A stretch of DNA of 37,071 nucleotides, taken from Oligoflexales bacterium. GTDB lineage: Bacteria; Bdellovibrionota_B; Oligoflexia; Oligoflexales; CAIYRB01. Shown piece after piece: positions 27,516 through 35,238 of the stretch. Within the stretch, counting starts at the first letter, position 1; every line of letters starts with the position of its first letter. The notes beneath the pieces are model-generated. The model was not told the origin of the DNA. It did not search any database and worked only from the letters and a program-made list of their open reading frames with translations. The DNA lies in contig JBGSUI010000202.1 of assembly GCA_041736175.1 (NCBI GenBank), forward strand, positions 1 through 37,071, given 5' to 3'. Both the position numbers and the translations under genes were made by a program.

Positions 27516-27853
27516 ACTGAAATTGCATGAAGGTCTGACTTTTGATGGACGGATTGGTCGAAGCCCGATTTTTGATCCTACATCAATCAGGAACCACTGT
27601 TAATGACTTAGATAACTAATTAAAAATTAATCTATTTTTGGAAAAACTAATGATCCCAGAGCAAGTGCCGATCTTTTTCAATGTCACCAATCGAGGGAGG
27701 GTAGCAATCTTGCTTATGAGACCAAAAAAATTCAAATTCCTAGTAACCAAAAAATGCAGGAAAAAAATAGCAATAAAGCTAAACATTGATCACTATTTAG
27801 CCTACACCATCACTGGAAACCATATTGCATTAATAAGAAGAGAGCTAATCAAA

Positions 27854-30800
27854 ATGATTTCTACCTTTACAAATCGAAGCGTGCTGCTTATAGGTATCAT
27901 GTTTTTTGTAATCCCAGCATGTTCTAGTAAACTTGAGGTGGAAACAGTTTCATCACCGTCTGCACGTACTGGTACTTTATCAACAGATAAATCAGAAGTT
28001 AAACCATCAAACATCCCGAATAACTCTACTGATCCGCAAAAAGAAAACAAAGTATCCGTGGAAGTTATCACCGATGACACAAACAATTTACCAGAAATAA
28101 TTAGCCTCGAACCCTTAGCGGCAAGACCAGGTGAGATCGTCAGAGTTACGGGGAAAAATATGGAAAAACTTGGACCATTAACCGTATCTATAGGAGAAAA
28201 AATGGTCCCCTTGGCGATCGCTCCTGACGGAAGCTATGAATTTGTGATGCCCGATGATTTAAAGGCCGGACAGGTCGATGTAAGTCTGGTATTTGTTCCC
28301 CCTACCTCGACTGATCCGAGAATCCCTACACCGGGGTTTTCTGGTAAATTTGGCAACAAAGCAACTCTCTTGGTGGATCCGGGGGATTACCCCATTTTTA
28401 CTTCGACACCAGACAAAGTCTGCAACGACATCACCTACCGAAATGCCCGCGGCGAAGTCATCCAAGGTACTAAAAATTGTGGTGTAAGCACAGGACCACT
28501 CCCGAACGGGGTCCTTGTCACCTGTAGCAAAGAAGGTGAGACTAGTTGTGTAACCACGGATGCATTTAGAGCTACATCAGTCAAAGGACTTGCTGCCAAA
28601 ATTATTCTCGGTGCAAATGTGGCTGGTATCGACGGAGTCGCAGAAGCTTATAAAGGGTGCAGTGCGGACGGCCAAACAGGCTGCGTTGTCGTCGGCCCGA
28701 CCTATGCCGCAGCTGTGACCGCTGGAGCCGCAAGCAAAATCCTCTCGGGACAAACTTTAGCTGGTATCGCTGGTAACGTGACCTTGCCCGCTGGTGGCAA
28801 AGTCCTTACGGGAACATCCTTTGGGGTCAGTGGCACCGGATCAAGCGGATCCTTGACCCTGCCCACGGCCAGCAATGTTCGCAGCGGGACAGGGGCCTAT
28901 GGTGATCCGGGAGCCGCGCTGACTCCCTCCTATAGTCCAGATTTTCCTGATGTCGCCAATGTGCGCGCTGTCGATACGGTGGATGGTGCTACGGGGACCT
29001 TAAGCGACTGCGCCGCCGGCGGTGCCAGTGGCTGCGTGGCGACTGCCACTTATAAAACCATGAACCTTACCGCAGCTGGTACGGCTGCGAGCTTAACGGG
29101 AGCCAACTTTAACACCACCATTGCCGCTGCGGGTAACTTTGAGTTTTGGGACGCAAGCGGATCCCGCTATAGCGTCGCCGGAGACACCGACCTGACTGCT
29201 AGCAATGTTTTAAGCGGGAAAAATATTTTTGGAGTCGACGGTTCTATCACAGGTGGTCCTACTTATTGTACCTCAGATGGTGAGGCGGGCTGCGTTGTTG
29301 TCGGCCCGACCTATGCCGCAGCTGTGACCGCTGGAGCCGCAAGCAAAATCCTCTCAGGACAAACTTTAGCCGGTATCACTGGTAACGTGACCTTGCCCGC
29401 TGGTGGCAAAGTCCTTACGGGAACATCCTTTGGGGTCAGTGGCACCGGATCAAGCGGAACCTTGACCCTGCCCACGGCCAGCAATGTTCGCAGCGGGACA
29501 GGGGCCTATGGTGATCCGGGAGCCGCTCTCACTCCGTCTTATAGCCCAGATTTTCCTGATGTCGCCAATGTTCGCGCTGTCGATACGGTGGATGGGGCTA
29601 CGGGGTCCTTAAGCGACTGCGCCGCCGGCGGTGCCAGTGGCTGCGTGGCGACCGCCACCTATAAAACCATGAACCTCACCGCAGCTGGTACGGCTGCGAG
29701 CTTAACCGGAGCCAACTTTAACACCACTATTGCCGCTGCGGGTAACTTTGAGTTTTGGGACGCAAGCGGATCCCGCTACAGCGTCGCCGGAGACACCGAC
29801 CTGACCGCTGGCAATGTTTTAAGCGGGAAAAATATTTTCGGAGTCGACGGTTCTGTCGTTGCTGCACCCTCGAATTGTACCTCCAACGGATCCCAAAGCT
29901 GCGTTGCAACGGGCTCCTATTACGCCGCAACCTCATGCGCAGCCAACAGTTCAAACTGCTTTCTTCCCACTTATGTGACAACAACCCAACCTCTCAGAGC
30001 AATTAGCTATGATGCCATCAATTCAGGAAAATCTTCTATGAGGACTTCACTGACATTAGGTGGTATTGCAGGAACCCTCCCAGATTGCACGAGCAATGGA
30101 GCCACCGGATGTGTTACAACAGCGACCTATAAATCTGGAGACTTAACAAATCTTGCAGCTGGAAATGTCCGACGTGGTATTTCCATAGCTGGGACAACAG
30201 GCAACTTTCCTTCTGCTACTAGCCCGCTGCCTCGGTTTGTTGATTCGGGTGCTTCAACGACCACGACAGGGTCTGACATTACAGACCTTACGACGTTTTC
30301 GACCCAAGTCTTATCAAATAGCCAATTTGAGTTTTGGTCTTCCAGTGGGGTTCGAGCTGTCGGAAACGGCGATTCCGATATTTTAGCTGCTAATATAAAG
30401 TCAGGGATCTCCATTTTTAGCACGACAGGATCGCTTTTAGGACAAGGTGCTAATGGTACTCCGATGCTCTCAACAGTGAATGGCACCAACGGTGGACCTG
30501 ACAGGATCAACTTGAACTGGACTGCTGGAGGTGGTAGCGAAGGCGCCTATCTAGTCGTTATGGGAACATCGACGATCACTTGGAGCCCAACCAACCTCTT
30601 TAACTATACTGTCGGTCAGAGTTTGGGGGGTGGTCAGTCTGTGGTTTATTATGGTACCGGAACTTCGACAACCGTGACAGGACTTACCCAAGGCACAGCC
30701 TATTATTTCAAGGTATTTCCAATAGAAATCCAGGGATATTATGGATCGGGGATTGCGCAAACCATAGCGACTTCTAGCTGTGGCTCAGGCGGTGGTTCTT

Positions 30801-31105
30801 ATAGCGGTGCTTGTTGGTATAAATCAACCGTAGATACGACCTGCAACAGCTTTTGTTCCACACGAGGTGGTGCGAACAGTTTAACCTGTTCGTTTGCGGC
30901 GGCAAGCACAGCAAATTGTCAAACTGTGGTCGCAGCCATTCCCCATGCGATCTATGCGACCGACACTGCTGGCAGTGCTAATACCGGTTGCGGATTGAGG
31001 GATGCAGGAGGTCCTGGTTGGTATATTCGAATGTCGGTTGGCTCGTGCTCTCTGACGGCAACTGCGGGTAATGGAAGCCACCAGGTTTGTGCCTGTGCAA
31101 ACTAA
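27854..31105 (+). CDS. Large modular surface lipoprotein / adhesin-like protein (IPT/TIG-like domain, Cys-pair fibre-like repeats, FN3-like domain, Cys-rich tip)
   Basis: Lipobox IPA-C; PEIISLEPLAARPGEIVRVTGKN (IPT-like); repeated CxxxGxxGCV and LxAxNxxxGxxIxGVxG modules; INLNWT...VTGLTQGTAYYFKVFP (FN3-like). ATG 27854 chosen because it precedes the signal peptide. Confidence 0.85.
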   Translation: MISTFTNRSVLLIGIMFFVIPACSSKLEVETVSSPSARTGTLSTDKSEVKPSNIPNNSTDPQKENKVSVEVITDDTNNLPEIISLEPLAARPGEIVRVTGKNMEKLGPLTVSIGEKMVPLAIAPDGSYEFVMPDDLKAGQVDVSLVFVPPTSTDPRIPTPGFSGKFGNKATLLVDPGDYPIFTSTPDKVCNDITYRNARGEVIQGTKNCGVSTGPLPNGVLVTCSKEGETSCVTTDAFRATSVKGLAAKIILGANVAGIDGVAEAYKGCSADGQTGCVVVGPTYAAAVTAGAASKILSGQTLAGIAGNVTLPAGGKVLTGTSFGVSGTGSSGSLTLPTASNVRSGTGAYGDPGAALTPSYSPDFPDVANVRAVDTVDGATGTLSDCAAGGASGCVATATYKTMNLTAAGTAASLTGANFNTTIAAAGNFEFWDASGSRYSVAGDTDLTASNVLSGKNIFGVDGSITGGPTYCTSDGEAGCVVVGPTYAAAVTAGAASKILSGQTLAGITGNVTLPAGGKVLTGTSFGVSGTGSSGTLTLPTASNVRSGTGAYGDPGAALTPSYSPDFPDVANVRAVDTVDGATGSLSDCAAGGASGCVATATYKTMNLTAAGTAASLTGANFNTTIAAAGNFEFWDASGSRYSVAGDTDLTAGNVLSGKNIFGVDGSVVAAPSNCTSNGSQSCVATGSYYAATSCAANSSNCFLPTYVTTTQPLRAISYDAINSGKSSMRTSLTLGGIAGTLPDCTSNGATGCVTTATYKSGDLTNLAAGNVRRGISIAGTTGNFPSATSPLPRFVDSGASTTTTGSDITDLTTFSTQVLSNSQFEFWSSSGVRAVGNGDSDILAANIKSGISIFSTTGSLLGQGANGTPMLSTVNGTNGGPDRINLNWTAGGGSEGAYLVVMGTSTITWSPTNLFNYTVGQSLGGGQSVVYYGTGTSTTVTGLTQGTAYYFKVFPIEIQGYYGSGIAQTIATSSCGSGGGSYSGACWYKSTVDTTCNSFCSTRGGANSLTCSFAAASTANCQTVVAAIPHAIYATDTAGSANTGCGLRDAGGPGWYIRMSVGSCSLTATAGNGSHQVCACAN
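28679..29854 (+). repeat. Intragenic tandem duplication, 567-bp copies at a 609-bp (203-codon) period
   Basis: 28679-29245 vs 29288-29854; about 22 substitutions by manual count, no indels. Confidence 0.97.
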
Positions 31106-31193
31106 ACATTTGATCTCCTGTGTATCGAGCAAAGGGCGATAACTAGGCCCTTTGGGGTCGCAAGTATTTCGCTCCTGGATTCGTGAGAGTGCA

Positions 31194-31288
31194 TACTATT
31201 GTAGTTTTTTGTTTTAAATTAACTGATGAAGCCACGATTTGAATGACCTTGCCATCAAATATTAGTCACCAGCATAAGCTGTGGACAC
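31194..31288. repeat. 95-bp direct repeat, copy 2
   Basis: Core AACTGATGAAGCCACGATTTGAATGACCTTGCCATCAAATATTAGTCACCAGCATAAGCTGTGGACAC (31221-31288) matches 27448-27515. Confidence 0.95.
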
Positions 31289-31448
31289 TGGGTCCTTTTG
31301 AAAAGGCCCCGGGACCTCTTGATATATTAGCTGCTTAAGGTCTTTAAGCGGTTGGCATAATCATTTCAGGACCGACCTCGGTGAAACGCTTTTAAGAACC
31401 TGATCAACCCGTTTTTTAATTTGAGACTTGAAAAAGGATATATGACCT

Positions 31449-33191
31449 ATGAAACATTTGGCATGGATTTTAATCAGTAATCTATTTATGATCAGCAGTT
31501 GCACACCCGTCAAAATTGGAGAATCGGAAACTAAGGTAACCCAGGGTAACCAACTGAATGCCTGCTTTGGCTACCGCGGTAATGGTAGCTCACTCTTTGC
31601 GACCATGGGTGGAATTGCTCGTCTCTTCGACCAGTACGGTTCGCCGAATGGGGTTTTTGGCACGAGTTCGGGGTCAGTGACGGCGTTTCTGACCGAAAGT
31701 GTTATGGTTCCTGGCGCGATTTACACCTGCACCGATTGTACCGCCACACAGATCGCCGAGCGGCGCAGCTTTGTGATCAAAGCCTTTCCGCTGGTGGTAA
31801 ACGCCTGGATGGAAAGCGATGGTCTAAAAGAGGACATTCAGAAAATAAAAGAGGGTAAAAAAATACATAGTTTGATGATGGAGGTCTTTGGGATGCCTTC
31901 GCCGACTGACCGTGGGGGCGCCATGGATCCCCCGCAACTCTCCAACGAAATCAAAAGCGTCTTGAACACTGCAGCGCTCACGCTGATCAAGAAACATGCG
32001 CGGGAGCTTAAAGATTTCATTGCACCGGAATATTATCAGATCGCAGGCATCGGCGGCACAGCCAATCCGGAGCTAGTGCTCAAAGCGATTGATAACGTGG
32101 TGAGCTTCCAAATGGGAAAAGCCAACAATAGTTTTAACCGCGCCGACCTGATGGCCCCAGGAATTGTTAATTTCGACTATCTATTTAAAAACATCGGGGT
32201 GCTTGCTGATTGGTACGCAGGTTACGGTCCGGAATACCCGCGGGAAAAAATGAGCGCTCTTTTGAACTCATGCGCCAAGAATAGCCGTGGAGTATGGTGG
32301 AACACCATTGCCGCTAAACCTTATGGCGGTTCCAACTGCGGTAAAGAGTACTACGGACTCTTTGCCGCTTATTTTAACCAACGCAAAAAAAATGTCACTG
32401 ACAAACTCCGTCGAGTTGATGAAAAAATCGGTACCTATATTCCTGCTTTCGTTTCCACCTCGGCTATATCTGGCAATGGCATCGTTGATAGGATGAACCA
32501 AGCTGCCGATACCGGCCAGTTCGATTCCATTAATAAACTCGACCTTGGGCGGGAGAATTTCAAGGTGCTCTACTTTGGCCCGCAATCCTTTAAAGAGACG
32601 ATCATGAAAAACAGATCTATGTTTTCCGATGTTGTCACGCAGAACATAGTCAGCATGGATCCAGTCACCTGGATGACGGCAATGAAGGCATCGGGTCGAG
32701 AGCCTGCGACTGCGCGGGCCATGGCCTTGTCGGAGGCTGGAGAGCGGTATCTGGCCACCGGGGGATTTGTCGATCAGATACAAACCAAACTTATGACCAT
32801 GGTGGGCTGTGGCCAAAAGATCGCCATCACGACCAATAGCCCGATTATCGGCTTTTCAAACCGTTATGCCCCACGGACCTGGAATCTCGATCAAAAATTG
32901 ACCATGGATCTGTTTGATCCCGCCAATTCTCAAAGTGCCGAGAGTATCTCCTTCGATCAAACCGATGGGCTATTATGTTCCTTATGGGAGGCTTATGGTA
33001 CAAAAGAGATTTGGGAAATGGCCGATGGCTCTTACCACAACCAGCTGTTTAGCACACACCCCAAGCTCCTTGAGGGTGCCAGCCTATTCCGAAAAAAGAA
33101 TTGTGAGCTGACCACAAAAAATGCTCCACCAAAGAGCTGCTATGAGGTGCAAAACGCTAAAGAGCATCAGTTCGAGGCCTACAAGCTTTAA
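31449..33191 (+). CDS. Lipoprotein with divergent patatin-like phospholipase/esterase motifs
   Basis: Lipobox ISS-C; Gly-rich GYRGNG; nucleophile elbow GTSSGS (GxSxG); late ATGGFVD motif; RBS AAAGGA. Confidence 0.65.
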   Translation: MKHLAWILISNLFMISSCTPVKIGESETKVTQGNQLNACFGYRGNGSSLFATMGGIARLFDQYGSPNGVFGTSSGSVTAFLTESVMVPGAIYTCTDCTATQIAERRSFVIKAFPLVVNAWMESDGLKEDIQKIKEGKKIHSLMMEVFGMPSPTDRGGAMDPPQLSNEIKSVLNTAALTLIKKHARELKDFIAPEYYQIAGIGGTANPELVLKAIDNVVSFQMGKANNSFNRADLMAPGIVNFDYLFKNIGVLADWYAGYGPEYPREKMSALLNSCAKNSRGVWWNTIAAKPYGGSNCGKEYYGLFAAYFNQRKKNVTDKLRRVDEKIGTYIPAFVSTSAISGNGIVDRMNQAADTGQFDSINKLDLGRENFKVLYFGPQSFKETIMKNRSMFSDVVTQNIVSMDPVTWMTAMKASGREPATARAMALSEAGERYLATGGFVDQIQTKLMTMVGCGQKIAITTNSPIIGFSNRYAPRTWNLDQKLTMDLFDPANSQSAESISFDQTDGLLCSLWEAYGTKEIWEMADGSYHNQLFSTHPKLLEGASLFRKKNCELTTKNAPPKSCYEVQNAKEHQFEAYKL

Positions 33192-33373
33192 ATCGGATCC
33201 GGCATAGGCTCCCGATTCAAAGGGAAATTTGGCTGGAGCGCATCTCCACTCCTCCTGAGTCTTGATGAAGTTTAAAATCCCCTGGACGGCGGTCTTATTT
33301 TCTTGTACAAACCTTTATATTCGTGGAACTATTCGTGACCAGTAAGATTGATTCATAAAGGAATATAATCCTT

Positions 33374-35092
33374 ATGCAGAAAAGTTTCGATTCCACGAAG
33401 GTGGGATGGGTTCAGCGATCTCTCCACTATGGAATTTTGCCGCTACTCCTATACTTTGTAGCTTTTTGTCTCTTCACCTGGCCATGGATCACCAACTTTT
33501 CCACTCACTTTTTTTGTGACGGTGGAGACGGGCTCCAGAACATCTGGAATCTGTGGTGGATCGACGAAGCAGTCACCCGTCTCGGTATCCACCCCTGGTT
33601 TACTCCTAGACTCCATCATCCCTTTGGCATCTCCCTCCTGGCACACACCCTTAACGCCTTCAATGGATTCATATACATTCCCGCGATCGGAGTCATGACC
33701 GATGTGGAAGCCCATAATTTGGTGGTGACCTTTAGCTTTGTCTGGGGTGGCTGGATGGCCTTTTTGCTGTGTCGTCGGGTTGGCGGCACCTACTGGTCGA
33801 GTCTTATCGGGGGCGGGATCTTTACGTTTTCTAGCTATCATTTTGCCCATGCGGTAGGTCATCTCCAATTGGTCTCCCTCGAATGGATTCCGGCCTTTGC
33901 CCTAGCCTTTCTGGCGCTCCTTGACAAACCCTCCTGGCGGAGAGCGCTGGTCGCTGCAGGTGTGCTTTTTTTGGTCATCTTGTGCGACTATTATTACTTT
34001 TTCTACTGCGTCCTTTTAGGTGGGATGTTGGTGCTTTGCAAGATGCGGCAGGAACGCAGCTGGTTTTTAGTCCTGTCACCTGCCTACCGGATGCCTTTGA
34101 TCGTATTTACCGGCGCCGTGATCGCGACGTCTGGAATCCTAGCTGGCTCACTTTTGTTACTGAGCAAGCGGGATCCCCTGCACGGGTCCCACTCCTCCAC
34201 AGAATTTACCTTGGACGTTTTGGCACTGTTTTTTCCTACTAAATTTTGGCGTTTTTCCGAGTACACCCAGTGGCTCTGGGGTCGATGGCCCCAAACTGGC
34301 GTAGAAGGAGTCGAGTTTACGGTGAATCTAGGTCTCCTGGGTTGGGGGGTCGTCGCCTGGTCCCTATGGCACCAGTGGCGTTCTAAAGCCAGGGACCAGG
34401 TCTTAGGCACCTGGCTCCTGGTTTTTGGGTTTTTCACGGTTTTTTGTTTAGGTCCTCAGCTTAAAGTCTGGGGGCAAGTCCTGCTTCCAAAATACACCCC
34501 CTATTGGGCTCTTGAGCGGGCTTTACCTTTCCTTAAAATGTCGGGAATGCCAAACAGAATGGTTGTTATGTCCGGACTGGCCTTGGGAGTGATTGTGGCC
34601 ATTGCCCTCCCAAGACTTTTAAAGCAGTGGAGGTTGTCCCCTTGGTTTGCTGTGATCTTTGTAGCAGTCACAGCTTTGGAGGTTTTCTCTGCACCCCTCC
34701 CACAGCTACAGATGCGGCGTGAGCCCTACGCGGATTTTCTGGCAAGTCAGCCTGATCAGTTAGGTGTGATAAACCTTTATCATGTGTCCCAGGTCGGCAT
34801 GTACCAGCAACGCTATTTCCCTCAACCCTTGTGGGGTGGCTATGTTTCTCGAATCACCCGCTCCCAGGCTGATGCAGAAGTGGATATCAACGAAAGCGTC
34901 GTGGTCAGGAATGATTACCAGCGGCTCTGTGAGGTCTATGGATTTGGCTATGTGATTGCGCCGCGGGATATGAGGATGGAACGCTTTGGGCTAAACCGTG
35001 TCTATGAGGACGGCGATATCTATGTCTACAAGCTTGGGACTCCGGAAAAACCATGTGCTGCAGTGATCAAAACCTATCAAAAAGGCGCTTAA
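33374..35092 (+). CDS. Polytopic membrane protein, GT-C glycosyltransferase-like (YfhO/PMT-related)
   Basis: More than ten hydrophobic helices; first loop GGDGLQNIWNLWW; FTFSSYHFAH..GHL; MPNRM; soluble C-terminal domain with GGYVSR. Confidence 0.7.
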   Translation: MQKSFDSTKVGWVQRSLHYGILPLLLYFVAFCLFTWPWITNFSTHFFCDGGDGLQNIWNLWWIDEAVTRLGIHPWFTPRLHHPFGISLLAHTLNAFNGFIYIPAIGVMTDVEAHNLVVTFSFVWGGWMAFLLCRRVGGTYWSSLIGGGIFTFSSYHFAHAVGHLQLVSLEWIPAFALAFLALLDKPSWRRALVAAGVLFLVILCDYYYFFYCVLLGGMLVLCKMRQERSWFLVLSPAYRMPLIVFTGAVIATSGILAGSLLLLSKRDPLHGSHSSTEFTLDVLALFFPTKFWRFSEYTQWLWGRWPQTGVEGVEFTVNLGLLGWGVVAWSLWHQWRSKARDQVLGTWLLVFGFFTVFCLGPQLKVWGQVLLPKYTPYWALERALPFLKMSGMPNRMVVMSGLALGVIVAIALPRLLKQWRLSPWFAVIFVAVTALEVFSAPLPQLQMRREPYADFLASQPDQLGVINLYHVSQVGMYQQRYFPQPLWGGYVSRITRSQADAEVDINESVVVRNDYQRLCEVYGFGYVIAPRDMRMERFGLNRVYEDGDIYVYKLGTPEKPCAAVIKTYQKGA

Positions 35093-35238
35093 GGACCACG
35101 TTGCAACCTCAACCCACCTGCCACGGCACTCCCGCTTAGCGACGACGGCGAGTAAACTCCGGGAGGTGTCATAGCAGTCCAGGTTGTCCGCTCGATTCAC
35201 TTGCCTATTCCGACCCGACTTTCCTGACCAGCGATTGC

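Noticed and set aside
27640..27680. Sigma-28 (FliA)-like promoter CTAA-N16-GCCGATCT upstream of the adhesin-like gene
   Set aside because: Only a partial match to TAAA-N15-GCCGATAA; not distinguishable from chance without transcription-start data.
28679..29854. Diversity-generating retroelement TR/VR pair
   Set aside because: Both copies are in-frame coding, the differences are mostly third-position C/T/G changes rather than adenine-specific, and no reverse transcriptase is present.
27421..31288. Canonical integron cassette (attC sites) or IS target-site duplication
   Set aside because: No RYYYAAC/GTTRRRY ends, no integrase in the window, the gene has a long leader of its own, and 95 bp is far too long for a target-site duplication. 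Kept only as a non-canonical candidate.
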